The notes beneath the pieces were generated by a model. That model was not told the DNA's origin and made no database searches. It saw only the letters and a program-made list of their open reading frames with translations. Of a stretch of DNA of 64,000 nucleotides, positions 37,581 to 50,310 are shown in pieces. The number at the start of each line of letters is the position of its first letter. The first letter of the stretch is position 1. The DNA comes from Sphyrna mokarran (taxonomy: Eukaryota), in contig JAGIQG010000004.1 of the NCBI GenBank assembly GCA_024679065.1, forward strand, positions 50,902,001 through 50,966,000, written 5' to 3'. The position numbers were made by a program, and so were the translations under genes.

Positions 37581-38344
37581 TATCAGATGCAAGGAAGAAG
37601 ACAGTGTAATGATTTCTTCCCTCCTTCACTCTTCGTGGAAGCTTCCCCTAACACTAACTAATCCTTAGTGACATCAACGCGTTGCGATGTAGAAACTCAT
37701 GGATACAAGTCTATTTTTGTTTACCATTCCAATGTAATTGTGATTAAAGCCTCATAGAACTTGTTGAGTTGGCTTGTGATTTATTGAAGAGAAGCTGAAC
37801 AGGTGGCATATAGACTTCTACTAGAGCTGCACTGAGCATGAGTTCAAAGTGCTGAAGAGTGTTCTTTGCTTGTCCTGGTAGCTGAAGTGCAATGTTTCTT
37901 CATCATGAGGCACTCCACTTAATGGCGGCAGATAGAAGTGATGAAACAAATTACATTTATGGATACATTTAAGTGCTAGACTGAACAGTCAACCTTGAGT
38001 GATCGTCACTGATTCACACTTCCTGCATAGAAACCAGGGCTGTGATTATATGGGAAAAAGATAGTGTGATAATTTTAGAAATTATCTGCCGATGGCATTA
38101 ATTTTTGCTAATATAAATGCTCCACGTAAGCTATTAACTCAACCGTGAATATTAAGTACAACTTGTGTCACACAGTTCAACAGTTCAGCTCCTTGTTGCC
38201 AGGATAAACTATTATGCTGAACGAGGGGGCCATTTTGATTTTGTGATTTGGCCATCAACCATTCTGGAGAAAAGTTCTACAGAATCAAATCTTTTGCTTG
38301 GTGTAAAGAACGTACATCTATCCTGATTCTCAGATGAGGAAAGA

Positions 38345-38560
38345 GAGAAACTTGCTCTTGTATAGTGCGTTTGACTACTTCAGAACATTCTGAAGTACTT
38401 TGCAATCGTTTTTAGTGTTGTTGATTTGAGGGATAGATATACTCCCACTAAGGCAGCTGGAATCTGTTTAAGAGAATCCCTGGTAGCACAGTGCTTTCTT
38501 GGTAATGCATGGGGGTAGGTTTGTGCTCACAGCATGGGGTGGAACTTGAATCACACCTTG
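38345..38560 (-). mobile_element. DeuSINE-like remnant
   Basis: Internally deleted and degenerate: tagtgttgttgatttgagggatagatat and tgtgctca...ggaacttgaatc. Confidence 0.45.
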
Positions 38561-38566
38561 CATTCT

Positions 38567-38895
38567 AACATATAGAAGCAGAAATAGGCCATTCGGCCCC
38601 TTAAGTCTGCTACACCAGGTTTGTTGGTATTTCTAATTCCACATTCCTACCTACCTCTGATAACCTTAGATTCCCTTGCCTAATAAGAATCTACCTCCGC
38701 CTTAAAAATATTCAGTACCTCTACTGACTTCTGAGGTAGAGTTCCCAACATTGCACAACTCTCAGAGAAAAAAATTCTCATCTCTCTCCTAAAAGGGCAA
38801 CTCCTAATTTTAAAATAGAGCCTCTCCTTCTGACATTATCCACAAGGAGAAATGTCTTTTCCACATCTACCTTGTCAAGACCCCTCAGGATCTTG
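38567..38895 (-). mobile_element. CR1 3' fragment
   Basis: agcagaaataggccattcggcccc...ctcagagaaaaaaattctc...accttgtcaagacccctcaggatctt. Confidence 0.8.
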
Positions 38896-39690
38896 CTGAT
38901 TCGAATACGATAATGTTACTGATAGAGTCAAGGCCAGCAACTTGATCTCTATACTATAAACAGCCTAAAAACCAAAGGGCAGTGGGTTCACTCTCCGGTC
39001 TGACTGCATTGGGTGAAAGCTGGAATATATTGTGATGTCAAATCTTTAATCTTTATCTTTAAATGGTACCAATTAACTGTTTAGTTTTATATAGGATACT
39101 TACTGACTTAAATCCTGTGGTGGATGACGATGACATTCTGGAGTTAACTCTGTTGGAGTGCCCACAACAACACAACTTTGGTGAGGCTGGTCCTGACTAG
39201 TGTCATTTCCTGGGATGAAATATGGTGTCATACTTTTGACTGACTCCTTGTGAGATTCCTACCCTGTGTGGTGGGGAGTGTGATTGTTGATGGAGGTTTC
39301 TGGAGCCTGGCCTTTTACCAGAACAGCTGATGAAATTTTAATTTGAAAGTGTACTAACATAGGTAATGTTAATGTAGCAACATTGTCAAAAATGCTTGGC
39401 ACCTGGGTGATGGTGGTGGAGTATATTGTGGCAAGTATGTTGCATGATGATTACTGATATTTGTAATTGTGTTCAATATAACCATCCGTATGTGGCAGAC
39501 ATATTAAATACTCTACCCTATTGCTAGGAAACCCCTGAAGTGTCAACAAATGTACTGGGGAGTTGGCAGGACAGAATTTGAGCAATAACCCACTTAAGTT
39601 AATTAGCACTAATTCCAAAGAATAATCTTCTCCAGAGTCTGAGACTTTAAAGCTCTGAATTCTAATGTTAAAATTCGCCAAGTGCAGAAT

Positions 39691-39891
39691 ATCATAGAAT
39701 CCCTACAGTGCAGAAGGAGACTATTTGGCCCATCAAGTTTACAATGACTCTCCGACAGAGAATCTTATCCAGGCCCACACCCTGCCTTATCCCCATAATC
39801 CCGTGTATTTATCCCACAAATCTCCCTAACCTGCACATCTTGGGATACCAAGGACAATTTAGCATGGCCAATCCACCTGACCACATTTTGG
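39691..39891 (-). mobile_element. HE1-like SINE 3' half
   Basis: atcatagaatccctacagtgcagaagg...aatttagcatggccaatccacct. Confidence 0.85.
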
Positions 39892-40264
39892 AATATATGT
39901 TACCTTAGGAGCAACTAGAGCAATTGAAAATTTCAAATCGCTGAATTGTTCTAATGTTATATTGTCTTAAAGCACAAAAACAGCTCATGACCCAGCAGCT
40001 CCAAGCTGTATTTATGCTCCGTGTGAGCCACCTCCCACTTTGCCTCATCTTTCCCAAAACATTTCAAATGATCCTCCCATGAAACCATACCACAATAAAA
40101 TGCCTGGATCCTTCTCCAATGTCAAAGCAGGTTCCCGAACATCAATTGTGGCTGAAGGGCTTGAAGCTGGCAAGTTAGATTAGAAACCATATTCAAATTC
40201 AGAAAGTCTCTGACTATCAGATGGCTACTCCAGGTTCCCCTCTGATGCTGAAGTAACAATGTTA

Positions 40265-40540
40265 TCCAGCTCCTTTAACATATTAAAACATCCTATAGGG
40301 CTTTGCAGGAGCTTGCTCAGTCAAACATTGACACAGAGCCAAAGAAGGCTGACGGAAAGCTTGGTCACTGAGGTTTTAAGGAGTTGCTTGAAAAGAGAGG
40401 TTTAAAGAGGGAATTCCAGAATTTAAGGGATGGTGAGCCAAATTGGTTGATGAGGGAAATTGAGATGCACTGCAGGAGGAAATGAGTTCTGTATAGGCCT
40501 GAGAAAGGTTAGATAGAGGCAGGGTGGGGCACAAGAATGA
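40265..40540 (-). mobile_element. L2 3' end fragment
   Basis: aaagcttggtca...ggttttaaggag...gagggaattccaga, antisense to the 4440-4545 motifs. Confidence 0.55.
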
Positions 40541-41409
40541 GGAATGCAGATTATCTGTGGAATTTTTTTAAACTGAGTTAATTCCTGCAGTTTTGAACTA
40601 GTGTACTACTATGTGCAAACTGTAACACAATTTCATTTATAATTATTGAATGTTACATCATTAGTAGGTTATTCAGCCCATTGTACCTGTGTCAGCCCTT
40701 CTTGAAAGAATAATCAAATAGTCTTATTCACTTACTGTTTCCCTGCAAAATTTTCATTTCTGAGCGTACATAATGGGCACATCTTATCTCATGGTCTGCT
40801 GAGCGCCACTAAGTACCGATGCAATGAAAGTCTGGGGACTCAATGAGGATTGTGGTGGGATGCTTCTCAGGGTAATGAATCGTTCTGTAGAGCCTGGATT
40901 GCTATTCTGAGTGTTTTCTGACCTCCCACTCACGTATTGGTAACAAGTCAGTACCTAAGTTTTCCTGCAAATCCACATTCCGGTTGTGTGGCAGTCAGAA
41001 GGCCTATGGAATTAATAAAAAGTAGACTTCTCCCCCTGGATGTTGGTGCCAAGACAGATTTGGAATTGCTTTTCATTCAGCATATGATCAGGTTTAGTGA
41101 TTGTCTCCATTATGGAGAATCCAGAACAGGTTTGATCAAATGTTTCAGCTTGGAAGCTAATGTGCCTGTATTTAGGCTAGAAAGGTAACACAGATGGGAC
41201 TGCATCAGATTCCAATTTGTGGATTGCATTGTTTTTCCAGTTTGAAGAATCAATAAAAATTGCTTTTTGGTCTGTAATGCTATTCAGCGACGGATCTGAG
41301 TTACTGTCTGATTTGCTGGTCTGTGTTAGTCCATGCAAAGGCAAATTTGAGAGCACAAATCAAATTCCTTTCAAAATCCATGCTCTCAATCCAGCAACAC
41401 CTCCACTTT

Positions 41410-41660
41410 AAAATCCTCATTCTTTGTTTGCAAGTTCCTCTGTTTCATTATCCCTCCCTATGTTTCTAACCTCCAGCTCTACAATCCTCCAATATTTCTG
41501 TTGTTCTAATTCAGGCCCCTTGCACATATCCAACTTCAATCTCTTCACCAGTGCTATCTGTGCCTTCAGCTGGCAAACTCTAGAATTCCCTTCCTAAATC
41601 TCTCCATCTCTCTACTGTGTTCTCCGCCTTTAAAATCTACCTCTGACCATTGTCTCTCTG
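41410..41660 (+). mobile_element. L2 3' fragment
   Basis: ttaaaatcctcat...ctccagctctacaatcctcc...tgtgccttcagctg...gaattcccttcctaa. Confidence 0.6.
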
Positions 41661-44600
41661 ACTTACATCCATAACTCTTCTGATGCTTGCCATCATTTTA
41701 GAAATTTCCAACTTCCTGATGCTAACCCCCTCCATTCAATCTTCCAATGAGAACAGTTTTTTAAAATCGAATATTTATATATCATACATATTTATTATTT
41801 TTAAATGAAAATTATTTTTCTCATAGTTTGGTTTCTGGTCAAAAGGTTTGAGTGCAGTTTTGCCCCCTTCATCTATCTCTTATTGGTTTCTTCAATGACT
41901 ACGTGAGGCTTCAGGGTCACTGTTGGGTTGCCTTACTGGGGATGGCTGGTGGGGGTGGGGAGGGGGAATCCACTTTGGATTGTCACGTTTTCTGATGGGT
42001 ATCCTAATGGAAGTGTGCTTGTGCGAGTGCTAGCTCAGGATGGGATTGGGATTCTGTAAGTTCTCTAGTGTAGAATATCTAGCTTGTGTTTGAGACTGGC
42101 CTTTCATAATGGTCATGATTCGGTTGCAGTGTGTTGGCCTGGGAACCTTAATTATAAAGAGTCACAGCTCATTCACCCCCTAAGATGACAATTAAGCTGA
42201 TTCTGAGCTCGAAGAGCCTAACTTGTCAGCTGGCTGAACATTGCCCATGTTACTTTTGCAGAATGCTTTGTGTTTCTAAATGGCCACCCCTCTTTGCAGC
42301 AGTGAATCAGGGATTTTCTCTCCACTGGAGAAACTCCTGGTAATGGGGAGTTCCTTCCACACACTGCGAGGTAATCATTTCCCAGGAAAGCTGGTATGCT
42401 AATAAATTCTAAGGGTTATTATATTTCACCGCAAATGCTATCCAGGGTCAGATGAGCTTTGACTGACTGAAGATCAGATTTCTTCCAGTTTCTAACCAAT
42501 AATGAACATAATTTTCAACTATAAATATTTACAGCCTGTGCACTTATGTCTTTCTGTGAATGGAATGGGGGAAGGAGCAGTATTATCAATGGCAAAATCG
42601 TTGTGCATTTTGTGAACATGAATCAGCTTAATATCCTTTAGAGGTGATTTGAGGGTTTTCTTAGATGTGTAAACCATTTGCTGGGAGTTTTCCAATAAAA
42701 ATGATGCATGACAATATCCAGTGTCAGCCACAGAGTCATTCAGAGTCTCTGACTGTAATTATCATGTAGTGGTAAGTCATGAATGCTGACTGACAGAGTA
42801 AAGGTAAAGAACCTTGTCAGCAAAAAAGCCAACTTTTAGTTGATGTTTGATAGTTTCTTTCATCTAGTTTCCTGGATTGCATTGCGCCCAGAACATTATT
42901 ATCATGTCTCACTCAGCAAAAGAAGAGATTTTTTTTAACACTTTCCTTCAGATTCCTCTCTCTGGCCAAAGGGTTGGAAGCAATATTGCACCGCTCGTTT
43001 TTCCTGTAAACACCAACATTTTTATGACTAGGTTTCATTTCTAATTATGGGATAATATTGGTAAGATCCCAATCTTTTCTGCAGTGACTGGCCACATGTC
43101 TGCCTCATCAGCAGGGTATCCTGAATGTGTCTTTCTGGTGTCTGCTTTCAAAGCCATTGACCAGTTGCTAGGATACGGCCTCTTCTATCATTCCAGACTT
43201 CGCACACTTAAGTAGGGCGATGTTTTCTATCTTTGCTACATAAACTGGCAGGTATCCTCGCTTAGTTTAGATCATCAGCTGAGGTGAGGTGCCAGAGTTT
43301 GCCCACTGTTGTACTTTGGAGGCATTAGTAAGACTACTGTGGGATACCACCCTGGGGCTATTGTTGATGGCAGCCAGACACTTCGCATCCTGCTCATAAT
43401 TGCCAGCCTGTTGTCATTCCCTGTCAGGTTTGGATGGGATTTGCCATTTTGCCCCACCAGTTGCTAAAATTGGGACTGTGATGTAGCTGCTGAGAGGCTT
43501 CTTGACTTGGTCTGAACTAGAAAAGACAACTGCAAGATGAACAAGCCTGAAGTGAGAATAATGATTAGAAAGATCACATTCACCTCAGAATGGTTAGTTT
43601 ATGGAGTAACCAGTAAGAAAAAGCTGTAGATTCTGTGTGGATTCATGCCTTCATATAAGAGCTGGAAGAGAGGGAACTGGAGATTAAAGGAAAAAGAATT
43701 TCTGACTGGTTTGACATAGTTTGTGGATGGTTCCTGGCTAGGGTTGGATATCAAATGAGGATATTCTAGAATGTTCCTTAATTACACTGTCTTGCTCCTG
43801 GGATTGAAGGTGTGGAGTCCATACTAGCATGGATAATTCTGGAAAGAGTGCGCTTGATAAGCTGAGGATCCATCTGTTATTTCATAGGAATAGGAATAAG
43901 CCATGCAACCTCTCCATCTGGATCCGTCACTTGATGCTCCCATGACTGGTCTAAACCTCCAATGTTTGCCCTTATCTTTGCACCATTTTGCTTGATTCTC
44001 TTAGCTGACAAAAACCTTCAATTTGCAGCTTTAAAAGCTAAGCTTGTCCCAAGATCCCAGAGCCTATTCAGGGAAGAGAGCTCCTCATTTTCTGTTGAGC
44101 TTTCTTGCAATTGAAATGAAGACTGCTGGTTAGTGACTGCAAGGCAATTTCATATCATCAAATGTCTATTTTGAGCCCAGTATCGCAGGTGAAGTACAGT
44201 TAACAGCTCTCCACAACTAGCACAATCTGGAAATTATTTCTGAGCTGCCGATGAAAGCCAAGTGTACAATGGATTTATGACAAGATATTATTGTTGAGTC
44301 TTCAGTTAAACTAGGAGATGCACCCTGATGAGTACAGGTAATATTAATTTATGCTCTCTGGGACCCGACTTCAATTCTAGCTGACTGAACAAATATCCCC
44401 TCTGTCTGCTGTTCCAGAAATGCTACCTCCAGTGAATCTAGACAAATTGAATCCAGATTCCAAATCCACAGCAGAAAACCAGACATAATTTGATATCAAA
44501 TTCTGTGTTTAAGATGATGGATTGGTAGGTTTGAGAAATTGAACTATTGTACCAATTCAGTAGTTGTCCCATTGAGGAAACAAGTGGAGACTCGCGTTTA

Positions 44601-44852
44601 TATAGTAGCTTTCATGGTTTGGAGACACTCTGGGGGAATTTGCAGTCAAAAGTTGCTCCAGCAATATAGTTGCTGTTCTGTAGCAGCCAGTTTACATTCA
44701 AGGACCCACAGCAGCACTGCGATAAATAACTAAAGATGTATTTTGGTGGGATTGGTGAAAGGTAAACCTTTGCCTGGGCAGCAGGAAAACTGCTCTGCTC
44801 TTCAAATGGTGCCATAACATTGACCAAACAAGTAATTTAACATTGGAACTTA

Positions 44853-45087
44853 AAGTATCTGGAATTAAGATACTGCTGATGACCATGAAATCATTGTCAA
44901 TTGTCAGAAAAACATATCTGGTCCACTAATGCCCTTTAGGGAAAGAAATCTGCCGTCCATAACAGTCTGACCTACATGTGATTCCACAGCAATGTGGTTG
45001 ACTCTCAACTACCTTCAGGAATTAGGGATGGACAATAAATGCAGACCGCCCAGCAATATTCATGTCTCACAAATGAATTTAAAAAAA
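44853..45087 (+). mobile_element. SINE 3' part, 31372 family
   Basis: atctggaattaag...ctgatgaccatgaaatcattgtc...ctttagggaaagaaatctgcc...gtggttgactctcaact, colinear with 31490-31727. Confidence 0.85.
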
Positions 45088-45579
45088 ACTGAAAGACAAC
45101 CCTTCTACTATCCAAGACTGGTTGGATGTATCAGCTAAAATCATATTCTCGAATATCTAGAGAGTGTCTTGAGCACATGACCTCCTGACTCTGAGTCCGT
45201 CCGTTGCCCCATTCCACCCCCCCCTGCAACCAAGCCATGGCTGACAAACAGAGAACCCCCCTGTGTTTGATCTGTGCTATACCTGGTCCATATATGATGG
45301 ATACCACTTGTGATGCTAAAATTGGATTCCTCGGCAGTGACATCCCTCACTTTGCTGAGCCAAAAAGTACATGAAAAGCAGAACGGCTGTGCCTTGTCTT
45401 TCCAAGGATAGCTATAGTGTGTATCTTTGGCATCTTTGTGTATTTGTGTTTCAAATATATTTGCTGTTAAAACAATTTTGGGTAATCCCCATTAGGGATT
45501 ATTGTAGCAGTCAAATCCCTAGGCCATGAGTGTATTCTCTTATGTAGTCCAATCCCTCTGCTTTCCTGCTATATTAATC

Positions 45580-46209
45580 CCGATGTCCGAAGCATGGTAC
45601 ATTGGGGAGACCATGCAGACACTACGACAGCGGATGAGTGAGCATCGCTCAACAATCACCAGGCAAAACAGTTCCCTTCCTGTGGGCGAACACTTCAGCA
45701 GTCATGGGCATTCGGCCTCCGACCTGCGGGTAAATGTTCTTCAAGGGGCTTTCGTGATACACGACAGCGCAGAGTCACTGAGCAGAGACTGATAGCCAAG
45801 CTCCGCACACATGAGGACGGTCTTAACAGGGATCTTGGCTTCATGACACACTATCTGTAACCCCCGTAACTTGCCTGGGTTAGCAAAACACCTCACTTAC
45901 TGTGCTGTCTGGAGAAAATACACAATTCTCTAATCAATGCTCAGGATTCCCTTCACACACATTGTTAGCCACTTTAACACTTGAATAGCAGGTTAGATGT
46001 AAGGATTCGCATTCTAATCAGCAATCTGTGACTGTCTGTGCTGATGTGTGCTATTGCAGACCAGAACATTGCATTTGCCTGACAAAGACACAGAGTGTCG
46101 AAAGCTCGCAATTTTACTATCAAATAAATTGGTTGGATTTAAAATTGGTGTTGCTAAATTCTTACTGAGTTCTTACTACCCCAGTCCAATGCCGACATCT
46201 CTACATCAT
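45580..46209 (+). mobile_element. Penelope-like element 3' fragment (GIY-YIG C-terminus and pseudo-LTR)
   Basis: EAWYIGETMQTLRQRMSEHRSTI..LPVGEHFSSHGHSASDLRV; after one frameshift, EQRLIAKLRTHEDGLNRDLGFMTHYL and stop; 3' region with hammerhead motif and AATAAA. Confidence 0.9.
46075..46111 (+). ncRNA. Minimal type I hammerhead ribozyme motif, core mutated (CUGACAA)
   Basis: UUGC-CUGACAA-A-GACAC aga GUGUC-GAAA-GCUC-GCAA: stem I UUGC/GCAA, stem II 5 bp, palindromic AGCU stem III, cleavage triplet CUC. Confidence 0.7.
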
Positions 46210-46367
46210 ATTAATCCTTGACCATCAGATGATGCTGAACTTAGCACAGGCCAAACGTGATAAATTATTTCTCAGGATGAGGGTGTCACTGCTATGGCCA
46301 GCATTCATTGTACATTTTTAGTTGTTCCTGAGCTGAACTCATGCCGGACCAGTTTAGAATTCACCTC

Positions 46368-46709
46368 GTAATGCTGGCTCACAATGTCAGGGACCTGGGT
46401 TTGATTCTGGCCTTGTGTGATTGTCTTTGTGAAGTTTGCATGTTTTCCTCATATCTGTGTGGGTTTCTTCCAGCTGCTCCGGTTTCCTCCCACACCCCAA
46501 AGATGGGCAGATTAGGTGGATTGGCCATAATAAATTGCCCTTTAGTGTCCCAAGGTGTCTAGGTTAGATAGATTTGTCATGGTAAATGTGTGGGGTTACA
46601 GGGATAGGGCAAGGAAGAGACCCTGGATAAGATACTCTGTCAGAGAGTCAGTACAGATTCGATGGGCTAAAGGACCTCCTCCTGCCCTGACTCTGTGATT
46701 CTATGATTC
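46368..46709 (+). mobile_element. HE1-like SINE
   Basis: cagggacctgggtttgattc, V-domain gctccggtttcctcccaca, CR1 tail gatgggctaaaggacctcct...gattctatgattc. Confidence 0.85.
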
Positions 46710-49329
46710 CAGCCCCACATCTTGGGTCAGACCAGGTACTGATGATTGCTTTCCCTCCCCAAAATGATACTATATATTTACACAGTAAGAGGGTATCCTT
46801 GAAATCTGAAACCAAATTAAAACGCCTGACTTTTGGCACCAGTTCAGCTTGCAAGTATGACCTATTTTCATGCAGATAGTAGTGAAATATTTGTTTTGAG
46901 AGGAAAAATATTGCAATAAATCTATCACAAGAACGCTGCTGCTTTATTACAAAATGGTCACCCCTCATTAGCTGATAAACAAGTTTAAAATAGCAGGCTG
47001 CAAATTACAGCCAGTTATTCTGTTGTGCAAATGCTTAAGTATTTGTACAGGCTGTAGCGTATAAATGGAAAGCCCATGTTGTGCGTATTGTGTGATTAGT
47101 CATCAAGATATTGAATGTTAATCAGATGGCATCTTTAGAGCAGCTTTTGACGACTCTCTTGGATCAATCATCCTCCTAATAATAGATCCTCACGGCTTGA
47201 TAACCCAACACATTTGCTCTAAATATGAAAATCCCTTAAATTGGCAGTTGTCTTCATTTTGAAGCACAAATGCAATCACCTGTGACCTTATTTCTGGGAT
47301 TATTGAACTGTGTTGGATTGCTACAATCATCAGCCCAGCTTATTTTAACAAAAAAAAAGTCTCACAACAAGAACACATAAAAATTGGGAGAGGAGAAAGA
47401 TTGATACATGGAGAAGGGACAAGAACCTTTTAATTACTTGTCTTAGCAATTTGTAGCTTTTTCAAAGTCCTTTACTCTTTTGTTGGACTGCAACATGAAA
47501 CTGAATCTGTTGTCACTCCCTGGATTAAAGTATGTTTTAGTTTAATCTGAAATGGAAGCAAAGCTCATGGTTGCCAAAGGTGTTTCCCACTCTTACAATG
47601 CACTGAGTTACCCAATTGGCAAGACTTCATGGTAGCAGAATTTGGGGCTAAGTGTGGTCCGAAAATGTACAGCAAGTCTGATTATGTTGGGAGCCAGGCT
47701 AGGCCACTCAACTCCTGGAGTCTGCTCTACTGTCCACTTAGATCTGGACATGTAGCCTCATTTACCAGTTTTTGGTCTATATCACTTGGTACCCTTGCCT
47801 CTTTCTCTTTAGAAAAATGGATATTTTGGTGGTGTGCCACAATAGGACGCTGGGACGCAGATTAGGACCGGGTGTGTACACATTGGGACCAAATGTGTTG
47901 GTGAAATATTAGGATTGGGTGTGTTGGGTGGTGTGAGCATGGTGTGGGCAGACAGCCACAGCTGGTGCCTGCCTTGTCAAAACAACCTTATTTTGAAAAT
48001 CTGAGGCCTCTCTGGGACACAGCATCACGAGAAACCACTCCACAGAGACACGCTCCAAATGTGCTTCATTGAACATGATATGCACGTAATGCTGGTGATG
48101 GAAAGTGTGATGCTTGCCCGCCTTCTAGAGTGCACAGAGGGCAGCGCAGGATGGCGTTGTTTGTGTTGTACACTTACCTGTTGGACTGCAATCCTCTGCT
48201 TCAAAGGAGCTTGGAATCCTTTGGCAGTCTTGTGGGGCAGTCACTATTGTGATTTGGCCACTACCAAACTGGCAGATATTTTGTTAGTGGAATAAAGTGC
48301 GAGCAGCTATGCCAAACTGACAGATTAAATTGAGAAGAGTGCAGCTTCTATGTAATGATGACATTATTCAGGAAAGTGCTTCCAGATTTCTGCAATTTCC
48401 AAGAATGGGAATATTTTTCTTTTTAGTTCCAAAGCTCTAACTTTGAGAATTGCAGCCTGCAGCGAGGGGGTGATTTTGCTCTCAAACTTCACATTAGGGC
48501 TGTTTCAGCATTCAGAGTTCTTCGTTTAAATGACTTAATGCTGAAACCCACCTTGAAGGGGTTGCCTTTAGCTTCTAAGCAAACTGTGATTTAGTCATTG
48601 CAGGCTGAAGGCCTCTGCTGCCAGTTCCTTGAAACCAGTCTGTTTGAAAAGAAATACCGGATGCAAAAGTCAGCTTCTATTTTTGTGAAAAAAGGGTTGC
48701 AAAACCCGTTTAAAAGCCTGTTTTAATTAGCTTACTGTAAAACCTTGCTAACGTATATATCTAGCTTTGAATAAACAGCTATTTTAAGGAGCAGGTCTTA
48801 CTCAAGGAGCCATGAGATATTATGGTTGGTGTGCTACTGATTTAGAATTAGCTCCATTAATGTCATACATCAACTGTCAGTGCAGCTCACAGACCCACTC
48901 ACCTGTTACAGAGCAGCCACTTGGACGTGACTGTCGGGAATGCAATACTCCTTGGTACCCAAAACCAGTGAACACATTCTGTGGAGTGGATTTAGTTGGC
49001 TACCTCTGTGTCTTCTTCATTATTAAATATGTCTTGGAATCCACTCCCTACCTCCCCCTTCCTTGCTTTCTTTCATTCTCCCTTGCAACAAGCGGCACTG
49101 TAGCTAGCACTGCTGCCGCAAAGCGCCAGGCACCCACATTCAATTCCAGTTTTGGCCCTAAACAGAGAAGCTCCGGTAATAGGATCTCTTTCGCCTTTCT
49201 TGCACCAATATCTCTGGAGCCGCACCGCTTCCCCCCACCACCACCCCCATGCCCATTCATGCACCTGCTATTCTGCAACTACAAGCAATCCTTCAGTGAC
49301 AGCATTCAAAGGTGTGACACCAGCATCTA

Positions 49330-50310
49330 TATGGGCATTAGAGTCTCCCAGCTCTGCTTCACTTCCTACTTCCCGCAGTCCTTCCATTTCCCATGTGTTA
49401 TCAAACTACTTGTCAAACATCCAGTCCTGCTTACCCTCAATCTTTGTGCTTGCTGCACCAGATTAAAGTCCAATCTGGTGTTGTGAGACTTCTTACTGTA
49501 TCCACTCCAGTCCAATGCCAGCATCGCCACATTTTGTACTTACTAACCTACAATGGCACCCAATTCATCAATACTTCAAATTTAAAATGTTCATCCTCAG
49601 ATCATTCCTCCCTGCTAGTCCAATATTCTCAAGCTCTGAAACCCTCATAGCTCTGCATTCCTTCCAACATAGCCTCTTGTGCACTGTCCACTCTAGTTCC
49701 CTTAGTACCATAGCCAATGGTGGAGCAATCAGCCATCTGAGTTCTGATTCTGGAATTATTTCTCTGTAACCACTTTTATCTTATCCTCTCTTTTGTTTTT
49801 TAAATCCTAGTGAAAACATGCCTCTTTGTTGAAACTTTATTTGGGAAGAATTGATAAACAGAGTTGGAATTGGATGAAGATTCACACTGAATCAAATAAA
49901 GATATTAGGTGGTGTAACTAATCATCATTGGCTCAATGTCAATTTGTCTAATTATACTTTCTGTGATGCACCTTGGGATGTTTTCTTTGTTGAAAGCACT
50001 ATAGATACAGATAGAGTTCACCATATTGTCATTTTAGTTTGGGCATCAATGCCCCGACAGGAAAAACATCATGTTGCTGTGCTTTGACCTGCCCTCTTCA
50101 ATTCCCACACTTAAATGTGACCAAGCTCCTAAATGTCTCTTCTCCTCTTTTAATCCCCTTTTAAGATCTACCTTCTTGACCAAGTGCTTGGCTCACTTTC
50201 CTAATATCTCCTTTTATCACTCAGTGTCAGATTTCTGTTTTGATAATTGCGTGGGTGAAACACCTTGTTGCTCGTTTCAACATTAAAGGTGCAATATAAA
50301 TACAAGCTGT
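49330..50310 (+). mobile_element. L2 3' fragments, with a ~60-bp Penelope pLTR end at about 49475-49532
   Basis: LTNLQWHPIHQYFKFKMFIL (L2 LHWLP..RI.FK motif); ctggtgttgtgagacttcttactg matches the pLTR ends near 46145 and 55251. Confidence 0.6.

Noticed and set aside
48812-49486. Longest ORF in the window (224 aa)
   Set aside because: Runs across repeat-like and L2-derived sequence, with no domain-like composition or exon boundaries; most likely chance.
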